Shown here piece by piece: positions 23,434 through 36,800 of a DNA stretch of 64,000 nt. The DNA comes from Vicugna vicugna (lineage: Eukaryota): NCBI GenBank assembly GCA_013265495.1, contig MU058781.1, positions 9,839,009 through 9,903,008 on the forward strand, read 5' to 3'. The notes under the pieces were generated by a model, which saw only the letters and a program-made list of their open reading frames with translations, did not search any database and was not told where the DNA came from. Every line of letters starts with the position of its first letter. Within the stretch, counting starts at the first letter, position 1. Position numbers and translations under genes: made by a program.

Positions 23434-25919
23434 GGAAGAGACTGTAATTAGTCTGTATCAGGGAGTGTTTTATGTGTTGAAAGGCATAGGGCTCTAAAGG
23501 GAGAGAACCTGGCGGGAGAGAAAGAGGAGGACAGTTGTTTGGTGAAGAAATCCTTCTGGCTCTGGATTTGCATTGCACATAAGACAAGGAAATTGCGCTT
23601 ATCAGTTACCTAGACAAATAGAAGCGGAGTCTGCCTGGGCCCAGCCATTTGGGGACAGCACTGAGGTGTAAATCTTGTCTTACGAGTCACGACAAGCATG
23701 TGCAGACAACTGTAAAGAAGGTTATAAGAATCTCGATACATTTCTTCATATGCTTAAAATAAGAAGAGGCCAGAATGATCACTGCAATCCAGGATTGTAA
23801 TACCCTCTATGTAGGTGTCAATATTAAAATAAAACAAATGACAACAACAAAATCAAGCCATATACTACTTAAATCCTTTCTTTTTTGAAGTCTAGGTAAG
23901 TGGTGAATTACAAAGAGGCAAAACTATGAAGGCTAAACAATCAAATCACTGTATTAATTTAGAGAATCTGAAACGAGGCCCGGTGGCAGTGACAAACAGA
24001 GGGAGTATCATATTGGCTAAATTGTTACTTGGATGTAAGCATTACGTTGTTTCATGCATCCATCATGTAATTAGGCATCATTAAAAATCTCTCTCACAGA
24101 CCTTGATGATTGAGGTAACATAAAGGGAGAGAGAGAGGAGGGAAGATGACAGACTTTTGGAGGAAGCTGTGTTTTTGAGTTTAATAAGGTACCTGAGGAC
24201 GCTGTATTCAGACTTCCCAGTTGTATTCTCTCTTCAACCACAAGGGCTTGTAAGTTACATGAATTTGAATTATTATTATACAGGAGGAAAAATTACAAAA
24301 TTGGGTGCTTGGAAAATACCTATTTTACTTTCTCCTCCCCTACGTTCCTTTCACCCCAGTGAAAAAAGGCTGAAGTTTTGCAAAAGTCCCACTTCCAAAT
24401 GATGGAGAGACAGGTCTTTTTTAGTAACCAAGAACCACCCTCCCACCCCCAAATAATGCAATCAATTCACTAAACCTGTGACTCATTAAAACATCTTTAA
24501 AGAGAAAACTTCCTTAAGTTTTCTGGAAAAGAAAGTAATACATAATTCTTTGATCCATAATTCATTACAAGTGAATAGAATTCATTCTTGCCCTGAAAAA
24601 GTTGATTTTGATTAAAAGTGGCTATAGAATTTTCCCTCTATTTTCCTTCTTTCTTTTTATATGTAATAGGGAAGAAACTGGCAGAAATTAATAAACCATA
24701 AAATTGTCTGTGGACAAATCAGACCTCTGGAATTAGATCTCTCCAAGGAGAACTTTCTCTAAGGCCAGGTTTAGGCTCTGGGGGAAAAAAAAATATACAC
24801 TTTAAAGATGGAAACTGTTTCCTCTGCATGGTAAAGCTGAAAAGGATTTACCCACAGAATTTCCCCAGGGTCCTCACTAATAAGATAAAGTCAGCTGAAA
24901 ATCACTTTGCTAAGCATAGACTGTGACTTCTGAAAGGCTTATTGAAATTAATCTGTACATTTCTGTCTTTTACTGTCTTTCTGTTTCTCACATAAGAATG
25001 TTCATTAGGACCAAGCGAGGAAGAGATGGTTTTCCAGACACGGTCTTGGCAGGTGTCACTTACTTACAAGGTGGGCTGACACAGGCGGAGAGCGGTTCAG
25101 CTTAAAGGTTTTGTCTGTTGCTTTCACTGATGTATGTGATGAGTGGGGCTGACAAGCCTCTGTGTTATCTACTTTCTTCGTTCTGGATTTTTCTGCTCAG
25201 GAGTATTTAATGCAGGCTTCCAAGGCAGCATAAAAGACTGAATGACCACACTGCCAGGCAGAGATTAAAGGGAGCAGCCAGGGGAAATGTATCACGTGCT
25301 GGACACAATACAAACCACTGGGAAAACAGCATCTGCCTTTGGGGGAGACCCCAGTGGTTCTTTCTAGCCCTGGTGTTTTCATGGCTTACTTTGAGATTCC
25401 ACCATCAGTGACCTTGTCCTTTTATTTCAGGAATGTCTGTTTTTCTCATCTATTACAGTGTCATCTTTTAGAGGTTTGGAATATCTCTGGATTTCTTTAG
25501 CCTTGCCATAGAACTTTGTTCGGTGCTGTGAAGAAAGGAGATACTACATAGAATTTGAGAAATTGGATCACAAAGTGAATGACTGAAATGATGCACAAAC
25601 TCTCACCCTACAGAAAGATAGTCCTGGATTTATCTTTCACTTTTGCCGTTAAAGTGAAAGACTTAAGATCACCTTGCACGTTTATGTGTCAGTTTTCCTT
25701 TCTTTAATTAGCATATTTTTAAAAAGTTTTTATTTTTTTTCTGGCATTTGTAGTTTATAACTCTTTCCTCCTCTTTTCTTAGCTGAATCAGTAAATTTCT
25801 AGTGAGGCTTTATGTCTCTTCCTCTAGATCAGTTCTTTCTAATTATAAATCTGTGAGCTCACTTGCTAATTCTTCCATTTTCACTGTTTTCTTGTATAGT
25901 CTGGAACTACCTCTGAAGA

Positions 25920-26335
25920 GGTGGCAGAGATATGCTTTGTGTTCACCAAATTTCAGTTGATTTTCCTCTAACTTGGGTACACGGCACATCACACCTCCTA
26001 GCCCCTCTGAGTTATGTGGTGGTAGATGATGGATTCTGGCTAATGAAATGTGAGAGGAAGCAACACCTGTCAGTTCTGGACTGAGGCCCTGAAAAGCCCC
26101 GGCAGGATTTTCTGGTCCATTTCGTCCTTGCTGTGGAGAACGTGGAGGCCTCACGTTGGGATGGAACAACCTTAAGGTCAAAGTCCCTTGGATTGTGGGG
26201 TTGCTGTGTGGAGGGTGCCTGCATGGAGAATGGCCTGGCCCCACTGCCAGACCTCACGTCTGTTTTGTTAAACAGCTAAGATCACCGGGTTCTTGCTTAT
26301 GCAGCAGCATCAGCCCAGCTTGTTCTAGCTGATAC
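25920..26335. mobile_element. MLT1 solo LTR
   Basis: ttctggctaatgaaatgtgagaggaag...tgttttgttaaacagctaagatc...cagcccagcttgttctagctgatac. Confidence 0.8.
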
Positions 26336-26454
26336 TGAAGGGCTGCACTAGGGGTGCTTGCCTGCTCCCCCGTGAGCATCTTTGTTTCATTGCTGGTGAT
26401 GACGTGGGCTGTAAATGATAGTCTTTTTTTTTTTTTTTTGGTAGCAATTTTTTT

Positions 26455-26750
26455 TAAACAATCATTAACTTTATTTAGATTTCACTGCTTTAACATGCAC
26501 TTATTCGTGTGTGAATGTTTAGTTCTATGCGATTTTATCCCACGTATAGATTTGTGTAGCTGCTGCCACAGTCAGGATACAGGCTTGTTCCATCTCAGGG
26601 GTCCCTTCAGTCATCATTTCAGAGCGACAGGCATCTTCCTCCCTTACTGGCTCCTTCCTAACCATTGGTGACCACTAACCTCCTCTTCACCTCTATTTGT
26701 TGTCATTTCAAAGGTGCTATATATTATGGAATTACACAGTGTGCAAACTT
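26455..26750 (-). mobile_element. Old L1M 3' fragment
   Basis: tagttctatgcgattttatcccacgtatagatttgtgtagctgctgccacagtcaggatac...tggtgaccactaacctcctc. Confidence 0.75.
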
Positions 26751-26769
26751 TCAAAAAGTAATATTTCTT

Positions 26770-26978
26770 TTTTTTTTAAATCAAAGTGTAATTGACCCAC
26801 ACCACTATCTTAGTTCCAGGTACACAACAGAGTGATTGGATCTATCTGTACATTACCAGAGAATCACCATAATAAGTCTAGTTACCCTCTGTGACCATAC
26901 AAATATATCAGATTATTATTGACTGTATTCTCTGTGCTGTACACTTCATCCCCATGCCTCATTTATTTTGTAACTGTG
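26770..26978 (-). mobile_element. L1 3' end (L1MA9/laurasiatherian type)
   Basis: tagttccaggtacacaac...atcaccataataagtctagttaccctctgtgaccatacaaa...attgactgtattctctgtgctgtac. Confidence 0.85.
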
Positions 26979-27104
26979 CAAACAACTGTCTTGAGCTGAG
27001 GAGCCGAGAGTTTTTTGGATAGTAGGCTCCTAACTTATTATTAGTGTGCTAGTCTTATTTATCAAAGGGTAAAATAGTGAGAATAAGATACATATTGAAG
27101 ACAA

Positions 27105-27300
27105 GGTGCTGCAGTGGAAAAAATAAGTATGTTGAAGTTAGATGGCCCTGGATAAGATTTCCAGTCTGCCTCCTATTACCTCTATTTATTTGAGCTTTGT
27201 AATTTACTTTCTGGGTCTCAGTTACCTCATCATTAAAATGAAGATAATATCATCTGCTTTATAGAACTGGTGAGAGGATGTGTTGGCATATGCATCTTTC
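27105..27300 (+). mobile_element. MIR
   Basis: tctgggtctcagttacctcatcattaaaatgaagataatatcatctgc. Confidence 0.75.
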
Positions 27301-28436
27301 AAAATAAAACTCATTGGATTTTTTTTTTCACCATTAATAAGCTGCATAACCTTGAGAGAGACACTTGACCTTTGCAGGCATGAGGGGTCTTTTATGTTTA
27401 AAAGTAGAAGCAATACCTTCTTCCCCCTACTGGGGGGTTGTGGTAAGGATTAAGGAGAATGTATATGTCCTGTGTTGCCTGGGATATGCTAAATCATGAT
27501 TCCTATCATGACTTGATGAGCAGACTCATTGGGATTTACTCTTCAAAGTGGTATCTCCAAGGGCTGGGTCTCCTACTTTGATTAAGGACATGGTGAGTTT
27601 CCCTTACCCATTTAGAGCTGAGTGGTTTCTTTTTATTTGGTGTGGTGATGCAGATTAAAAAAATGACACTGTCCTTTGTTATGCTTAAGTTCTGTCATTC
27701 ACTGTTTTTATAGACAGACTTCAAGTCCATTTTGGATTCTTCATGGAGAGAAATCGGCTTCAAATATGTTCTCATTCTGGGATTATGGGGACATAGAGAT
27801 AAAAACCTAGTTCGAGTTTGCTTGGAATTTTCAAGGAAATTTACACATCGTCTACACTGGTACTTTCACTAGTTCGTTTTTCAAACCATCCTAATCTATT
27901 TTGACTAAAAAACACCCAAAGGAAGGGTAAGATAGAGAGTTTGTTCTGCATCTGAGGTCAGACTTTCCGTTCTTGTTTGTTCCCTGTTTTGGACAGTCAG
28001 GTTCATTTGAGAAGTGGAAGCACGAATATCAAGCTAGCATCTTGCATCCATTATCTTGCAGTAATTCACAGTACAATAAACAGCTGTTAATGAGGAGTCT
28101 CAAAGCAGAGATACTGGTTTTATGATTTACTCTATACAAGTAATTAAAAAAGAAATTTTTATTGCCTCTTCTATCCATCCAGCCCCTTCACAGCATTTAT
28201 GACTTTTAGGAGTCTTTTCTTAAAATTTTGTGAGTGATATTGTCCCACATTGGCTCGTGTTCCAGATAGATTAAGATGTAACTGGATTCTCTGAAATCCC
28301 CACGACTGCCATTTTTGCCACTTCCTACACTTTAGATCTTCCACTTCTCAGAAGCTCCAGTACCCTCTGGCTGTCCTGGTCTACCCACCAGCAACCTGTT
28401 AAAGGAAATCATTCAAAGTTTGTAATGTCTTTATTA

Positions 28437-28623
28437 TTTTTGTGTTATTTTCTTTTAATTTCACTTTAAAAATCAAAGTATAGTTGATTTACAATGTTGT
28501 ATTAGTTTCTGGTGTACAGCACAGTGATTCATTCACACTCTTTTTCATTATAGATTATTACAGGATATTGAATACAGTTGTAGGGCCTTGTTATCTATTT
28601 TATATACAGTAGTTTGTATCTGC
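28437..28623 (-). mobile_element. Young L1 3' end with TSD
   Basis: aagtatagttgatttacaatgttgtattagtttctggtgtacagc. TSD tgtaatgtctttatta (28421-28436) / tgtaatgactttatta (28624-28639). Confidence 0.9.
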
Positions 28624-29319
28624 TGTAATGACTTTATTAAGCACTAAATAACTGCATGAATTTGAGCCAGTCACTCACCTCTTGGTGTATTTCTTCATCT
28701 GCAAAATAATGACATTTGACTAGATGACATATTATAAAGTCATTCAAGGGCGAGGATTCTAGGACTACCCAGAAATCATGCAAGAGCATTAGGGCTTTCA
28801 AATAGAAGACTAGAAGGAGGTGATGCTGAATTTGACCATGTAATTAATTTCTAGTGGTAGACTGTGTTATAATCATCCACAAATGTTTGCTGACCACATC
28901 CCATATGCATGGCACTGCGTGTTAGGGTGGAACACACACAAAAATGCAGCAGACATGTTCCTGCCCTGAAGGAGTTTTCAATTCAGTACTGGAGACATGT
29001 ATATGACTAATGGTATGTCATAGAATTAAATTAAATTAACTCATGTCCTAATGGAGTCACAATCAGCACAATGGCTAGTTTATGTCCATTTTCATTAGCT
29101 AGAGTTTGGTAGATAATTATAGCTGATTACTGCCTCAGAAATAGGATCATTTGGGGGGTGAAACCAATGCTTGAAATAGTTGCCAGCATTCTGTTGAGAG
29201 ATTTGAGGTCTACTTGTTTATTGCAAAGAAAACATATGTGTTCTCTAGAAACACGTTAAAGTCCAACATGTCCTCCATTTTGAATTTCCAGGAAGTGAAG
29301 GAGATGCACTGAAGATAAA

Positions 29320-29767
29320 AGGAGGATTTTTTAGTGGCTTACAACAGCCATTTCAATTTGCTGACAGTTGTGTGGGAGTCAAGGATTTAAGAGGGACTCA
29401 GCTGGGCAGTTCACCTTATCCATGTGAGTCATCTGGGGTTGGAGGATCTAGTTCCATGAGCCTTCTTCGTGAAGTGTCACATCTGGCCCCTCCTTGTTCC
29501 TTGACTTATCATTCTCCACATGGTGTCTCATTTTCCAGTGTCTCTGTGTGTGGTTGAGCTCCTCATGGCAAGGTGGTCTCAAATAATTTTCCTTTTTATC
29601 TGGTGGTTAGATTCTAGAAGGGCAGAAGTACCATTCTCTTAAAGGTTAGGTCCAGGAACTGGCTTTACTTCACTTCTATCTTACTCCATTGGCCAAAGCT
29701 GTCAAAGGGAGCACTCCTCTTGACGGGAAGAGTGTCAAAGAATTGAGGTCATCTTTAATCTGCCACA
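29320..29767. mobile_element. MLT1 solo LTR
   Basis: agtggcttacaacagcc...cacttctatcttactccattggccaaagc...gtcatctttaatctgccaca. Confidence 0.8.
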
Positions 29768-29864
29768 CACTCTTTAAGTATGTGGTCTAATATGAAATCA
29801 TAATGCCTTGATTTTTCATTTGCTCATTTTTTTTTTACAAGAAGGAAATAAATGGTTCATCCAA

Positions 29865-30075
29865 CCAACTTTCTTAACAGCATTTAACTGGCATTCTGAG
29901 TGAGATAATTCTTTGTGTGGATACGTGCTGAAAATCATAGGATATTTAGTATCTAACACCTACTAAATGCCATGTGTGCCTAACCCACATCACTGGACAA
30001 TAAAAACACAAACTAAAACATTTCAAAACTCTCTATAGTAGAGCAGACAGTACTTCACCCAGATGACAACTACAG
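29865..30075. mobile_element. MER20-like hAT-Charlie element
   Basis: ggcattctgagtgagataattctttgtgtgg...ataggatatttagtatc...cctactaaatgcca. Confidence 0.65.
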
Positions 30076-32174
30076 ATCTAATATCTTAAGATAGTAGATT
30101 TCCTAGTGAGATGATAATCAGGTTACTGTTTGGTCTTTATTGATGTAGATAATAATAAATAGACTAGTTTCTGTTCTGTTCTGCTGCAATCCATACAATT
30201 CAAAATTCTGACTTAGTACTTATATCCTCTGTATTTCTGTCAGTGCAAGTTGTTGCAGAGTTATAGGAACATACAATATGCACCCTGCCCTCAAGCAGGA
30301 TATAACATTATTGGAGACATACGACTCAATCTTCAATGAAAAATACTTCATGCCACTTTCAGTAAGAAACAGGCATTTATTATGGGATATTAGAAAATGT
30401 AGAAAACTAAAGAAAACACACACACATACCTTCTTCAGTTACATAATTCAGATGTACCACTGCTGACATTTTTGATAGATGTCATTCCAATTATTAATGT
30501 GTATCTTTATGGAAGGATTTTATATATATGTATACATAGATAATACATAGTACTTTATAATAGAGATGCTATTATATATAATACTTTCTGTAATATGATT
30601 TTAACAACTCTTACCACTGAAAAACACTATAGTTTATGTTTTAATATAAAATATTACTTAAATGAAGTGTTAGACTCAAAGGGTAAAAAAGTGTGTATGG
30701 GGATGTTGACCAGAGTTAGTGACAGTGACTTCATGTGGTGACTGAAGCTTCATCAGGAGCTTGAAGAAAGGGTAGAATTAGGATTAACTAGGTCCTAATC
30801 GATAACTTCATGGTAAGAATGAGCATAATATAATTAGTAGACAGTCTAGCTTGTATCCATGTTATTTTTTTCTAACTTTGGTGAATATGATCATGTCTTA
30901 ATAGGTTTTACTGAGTTTTTGAATTTGAAAATGGTAATACATTCAAGAGAGATGGGGAAATTGGGAGCAGGCATTGGTTTTTAAAAAGCTCTCAAAGATG
31001 TCATTAAAATCTGTCTAGCATTCTAAATAAACCAACAGATGGAGTCAGTGACAGCTGTGATATATTGGTCCTACATGAAACGGTAGGGTGGGAATTTCAG
31101 AAGTTGGTGAGTGAGGAAATAATAAAAGACAACCTCTAAGGAATAGTCATTATTCACGGTAAGATCAACTCCAGAGTTTCTATCTCTTTCCCAAAGTGAA
31201 AGGAAGGAAACAAAGCCTTCCCGTATTGTTTTCAGTTTACTCTTGTCCTGATAAAGAGTAGATAGTTGTTACCTATCACCTTGACAGTAAATATTATATT
31301 CAAAACAATACTAATGCATTTTCTAATATTACTCATGGTATAAGTAACCAAAATTACTAATACACTAATAAAATAAAAATAATGAAAATGAATGTGTTAC
31401 ATGAGGGCAGAAACGTAATTTTGTTCTCTTCTCTTTCCTAACCAGTCAAAAGTTACTAGCATATTGTAGTGTTGAATGCCTGGTTAAATGAATGAAAGAC
31501 TCCACAGTAATAAGAATGTACTTCCTTATGAAAAATGGGAGAAGAAATAAATGGCATGAGCAAAATAAGGGATTACTTCTATAGCAAATGTGAATTTTTG
31601 CCTATAAAATCTGTATAGGAAAATGCTGTTTTTGTACTGTTAAAACGTGACTGAGTATAATCTACCTGACAGCAAATCCAGAAAATCTTTGTGTGAGCAA
31701 AACAACTTTAGATTCTTGCCAGCATCTATGGCTAATCTAGCTATAATTGATTTAAGACAGTATATTAGAAGTGACTAAAAGATTATTTTGTTATATTTGA
31801 GAGTGTTGATTCTTATTAAAATTCATGCAGTTGTATAAAATAGAAAACAAAAATATAGTAGGCAGAGAAACAATGCATTATTTTCAACATCATTTAGTAT
31901 AGGGAAATAGATAAGTACTTTCTAAATAATTGTTATTGAATGAACAAACGGTCTATTTGTATTATATCATAATGAAGCTGAGTCAGTAGGAGAAGAGGCT
32001 ACTAATGGTGGTTTCTAAAAAAAAATAATAAGATAGTAATTTTAGTTCATACTTATAAAATTTTTATTAAAAAACAGCCATTGCAAATAAGTGCCTCACT
32101 TGATGAAGTCGGTATTGCAAGTAACATTGTTGTTCCACACGGTAGGGTCCATGAGTAGAGCCACCCCTTAGGCA

Positions 32175-32360
32175 CAACAGTGGTTAAACTTAGACGTCAG
32201 AAAAATCCGTTGCGAAAGTTGTTAAAAGTCTGATCGCTGGGCCGCAGCAGAAATGATTCTCACACAGAAGTGTGCGGTCAGGTTCCTGAACCTGCATTTC
32301 TAACCTGCATTTCAGGTGATGACTGTGCAGGTCATCTGCAATCTGCATTTCAAAAAACAG
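32175..32360. mobile_element. MER5A-like fragment
   Basis: cagtggttaaacttag...cctgcatttctaac...caggtgatg. Confidence 0.65.
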
Positions 32361-33336
32361 TTCCTGGAATTGCTGCTGCTTTGTCCCTGCTTCGAAGATT
32401 CAATCTGTAAGTAATTAAGGGACCCAAGGTACTTTTGGTGGGGGCATTTTTGTTGTCGCTTCTGGTCATTCTTTTGGGGCTTGCCTTGCCACAAGATTGA
32501 ATTCCCCTAAAATCTTCTTTGCCTCTCTGAAATAATTACTCAGGACGTACGTTCACAAGGTAAGACTGGCTTGAAAATTCCTTTATTGTGTAATCTTTAC
32601 TGGGTATTAATAACCATGCTATACGTGTCTTCCTTCCTTTTCTATGCTATGGAATGGATTAAGTTGCATTAGAATGAAGTTTTTAAAAGTTTGAAAAATT
32701 CCCCTGTGAAACCATGTGGTCCTGGTGCTTTTGATAAGGGGGGGGGGACTGGATCTTTGAGCAATTCTTGTCTCTTTTCTTTGTATTTGAACTTTTTGGC
32801 TATTTTATCACTTCTAGACTAAATTTTGAACTTCTGAAAATTATATATTTCATTCTTGTTTTCAGATATTTTTGTATTTGCAGGATTCGGTAAACTAGTT
32901 TCATATGATTCTTTGAATTCATCCATATTTATGATTATTCCTCCCTGTTTCTTATTTTATGTGTTTTTTTCATCTCAGTCTTTTCCCATCAGTTAGCTTA
33001 TGGGTGAGCCATGGAGAAAACGGCAAGTAATCTAAATGGAATACTTTTTAAAATTAGAAAAGCAATTAAAAGTGAGTTTCCCCGAAGATGGGAAACGTGT
33101 ATAAAAACACACATATAAATCTGCCATTTTCCATTCCAATTAATCTCTTAGTGTCCTTGACAAATGGGGCTTGTGGTATTCTAGTGCATTTATACAATAC
33201 TTATGTGGAAGTAGAAATAAAAGAATTCATTTCTATTTTACCAATAGTGTATGCTGAATATAGACTATTTAGTTTTAACTTCTGACATTGCTGTGTTAAT
33301 ATTGATTACATTTTGAATACCTACTAACCTATATGC

Positions 33337-33827
33337 CAGGAATATCTCAAAGATACTGCAAGTTTGGTTCCAGACCACTGCGATAAAGTCAATATGGAAA
33401 TAAAACAAGTCACACAATTTTCTTGGTTTCTCAGTCCATACAAAAGTTATGTTTATACTATATTGTAGTCTGTTAAGTGTGCAGTAGCATTATGCCTAAA
33501 AAAGCAATGTACATGCCATAATTTAAAAAGATTTTATTGCTAAAAAATGCTAACCATCATCTGATCACTGATCAGACATAGTAGTAACATGAAAAATCAC
33601 TGATCACAAATCACCATAACAAATACAATAATAATGAAAAAGTTAGAAATATTGTGAGAATTACCAAAATGTGGCACAGAGACACAAGGTGAGCAAATGC
33701 TATTGGAAAAATGGTGCTGATAGACTTGCTCAGACAGGGCTTCCAGAACATTACATTTGTATTAAAAAAAAAAAAGCAATTTCTGCAAATTGCAATAAAA
33801 TGACTGCACTAAAATAAGATATTCCTG
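33337..33827 (-). mobile_element. Non-autonomous internal-deletion derivative of Tigger1 (~490 bp, Tigger1a-type)
   Basis: Both ends align by eye to the ends of the 44121-46472 element (caggaatatctcaaagatactgca... / ...aagatattcctg|ta), with the transposase-coding middle missing. Confidence 0.9.
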
Positions 33828-36800
33828 TATCTATACATAGATTTAATTGGATTAAACTTTTGTTTTTCAAAACTTAAGAATGCTTACAAATTTAAAAATT
33901 CTCCTAAGCATCTAATCAAGGGTTGAGATTCAGGAAATATGGTGGAATGAGATGAATAAGATAGCAATGAATTGTGTTCAATGTGTGTTAGCATCAGAAT
34001 GGTCATTTGTCCTCGCTAAATCCTCCCTACATCTTACATGTGACTGTTATTGTTCGTCATTTTGTTGGCAGATCTGAAAAGTAGGAGAAATAATATAATA
34101 TTAAATGTCTTAATTATACTGGGTAATATTAATCATTTTTTACTTATTTCATTCTAATAGGTAGAGTTCCATTAGTCTCATGGGGGTACAAATTTGGAGA
34201 CTGAAGATAGTTAAACTTGATATTTTCTGTGCATGAAAGTAAAATTTTCTTTTTTTTTGCAAAGCTCATTTGTAGCCCTAGAGAGGTAATTTCCTATCTG
34301 TAGGTAAGTGGTGGGTTGAAGGCAGAATTCTAGTAACATTTTCAACACATGTAGACACCTGTAGTCTTCTCTTTCCTTTGTTGTGTGGGAGTTGGGGGGA
34401 GGCAGTGGTGGCACTGGTTATGTACAGAATTGCTATGAAAATACCCTCTGTCATAACAGGTGCCGGGTGCACTGCCAGTGCTCAATAACTGATGGATAAT
34501 GAGAGGGTATATTCACACCTTGAAAATGAGGTGGTGGATTTTTGGAATTTTTTTTTATAGATCTCAGCACAATGAGAATCCCTGTGGAGGTACACAAGGC
34601 GCAGATCTGTCCCAATGATAGCAGGTGATGACAGGGGGCTCTGTTTCAATATGTTTTGTACAGGAAATTGCAGCTTTGGTCTGCTGAAACTAGTGAGTTT
34701 TCATCAGTTATACACCAGTGGTGTTACAGACTTGTGGAATCTGTCATTCTGAAAGCCAGAGAGTGACTCTTACTCCAGATGACATTGGCATCCCCTGGCA
34801 TTGAAAATTAAATGTATGAAAGTGAGAACTTCTCTAACAACGAGAAAACACACACAACTTGGAGGGCAATGAGAAGGTGGCGTTGTTTTTCCAGTTAAGA
34901 CTGGAAAGAAAGAGCTTTTCAGTCTCATTTATAGCAACTCATGTTACAACACAATATATAGACAGGCAGTGTTTGGGGATGGATTTAATCCTATTTACAT
35001 TCTTTAGTAATTTCAGATTCTTTTTAAGAAATTGTTTACTAGACAATTGGAGTTGGATGCCAGACTGGTATCTACAGGCCATTGTTCTCGTACCAAAAAG
35101 TGGAATTCTAAGTGTATCAGTACTCCAGCGGGAGTCTGTATTGGAGAGCTTTATTAAAAGTGACCCTGATTTAGTAGTCTTGAATTTCCCATGCAGACTG
35201 TGAAGTCTGTTAGTATTTAGTGGGGCTCATCCAGTGTTACGTATGAAAAATGAAGGGTTACTCTATCAGTTTGGGGGTTTATGTACACCCAAAAAGCAGC
35301 TCATTTCCACGGAATAAGGTGAGGACAGATGGGACCAGTCCACCTGCCCCATTCCGCGCAGAGTCATCTTGCTTAGGTCAGAGAACCAGGGCAACGAAAC
35401 CCTTCCTAAGCTCACTAAGTGAGTTACCTCTTGGCTGCACAGTTCTGGCCAGTTCCTGAGGTCCTACCTGACCTAAAGGTCTGTCCTCTATGGGTTGGGA
35501 AAAAGGACAAGGTCGGCAGAGTAGACACTGCAGGTCATGCTGCCCTGCCATCCCTGAGATACAGACATTGGACTTAAAAAAAATAATTATTTCCCTACTA
35601 ATCTTTTCCTAGTATATATTTTCTTCTTTTCTGATTTTTCCCCAGTTCCTTTCATGGTTCTGAAGGCAGCTGCTTTCCTGAGCCTCTTGCTAGGGTAAGC
35701 CTAGCTTTTACAAGCTGCATTCCTCTATTTTAGGTACTGTACAGCACACTTTTGAAAACGTTTTCAGGAATTTTGGGTGGTTTAATTATTTTGCCAGCAA
35801 GATTTCAACCCTTAAATATAGTTCATGTAGCCTTATGAAAATGCATCACTACCATGAGGCAAAGGTGAAAGTTTCGAACCGTCCTAAGTATTTAGATAGA
35901 CCATGAAAATGGAGCCAATTAAGCCAAGTGTGATGTGTCTTAATGACAACACTGATTCAGTTATTCAGCTTCAGTTTCTTTTCTCTAGGATGTGACTAGA
36001 TTTTGTTTTTATTTAACTTGGTTGATTCTGGTCGTCTGAAGACAGTGTTTGTGATTAAACAGCACCCTCTCTGTCCCAGACCCGACATCTACCTCTGGGT
36101 TTTTCCTGGCAACTGACAGCAAGTTTCCAGCCTTAGGTAGCTTTCTACTTCTTTCATTTCTCAAAGCTGCCTTATCTTTTCTTTCTATATGTCTTAAGGT
36201 TCTGTTTGGGCATGCCTTTGAGAGCTTTAAGGGTTTTGTCTTAAGACCCCTGCATTGGAGTCTTTGATTTAAGTTCTGGCCAAGGATCACCCAGGAGTCA
36301 GCAGTCCTGCCGCTCCACACTGGCCCAGTTAGCAGCAGCCTGTAGGGCAGGGGCCAGGCCTGCCCCTTTCCCCGGGAGGACAGCTGAGACAGCCTAGACA
36401 AGTGTGCGTGCTGGGAGAGGCACCTTGGGGCTCCCCAGAGGCCTAAACTCCAGAGGTTACTTTTCAAATTTAGAAAAACACTCTGAGGTTCCGTGCTACA
36501 TTCCCCGTTAGCAAAATACTGACCAGTTGGAAATGCAAAAATGACTCAAGTTTGTAAATAAGTGGAGAATGAGCTCCTGTGGCTATGTTGTCCTCGTCCT
36601 TTCCAGTGTCCGGATGTTAACCCGTGGGATTTGGAATAGGGTCACATAAATGCAGGAGTGTTAGGTTTGTCTCTAGGTTTGTCCAAGCAAGTGAGTTAAG
36701 GGGCTTTTCTGAACAAAAGTGCTAGGATTTCCAACAGTTCCTTTCTTTTTGACCTAACGAGACATGTGAAAGAGAAAAAGCCATTTTGTTGGCTTTCTCA

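Noticed and set aside
25843..26244. 133-aa minus ORF
   Set aside because: Lies within an MLT1 LTR, so it is a chance ORF.
27580..27598. ATG|GTGAGT donor-like site
   Set aside because: No acceptor or promoter features upstream, and it is adjacent to MIR debris.
36009..36467. 152-aa minus ORF
   Set aside because: Non-ATG start, no recognisable domain and no convincing splice signals.
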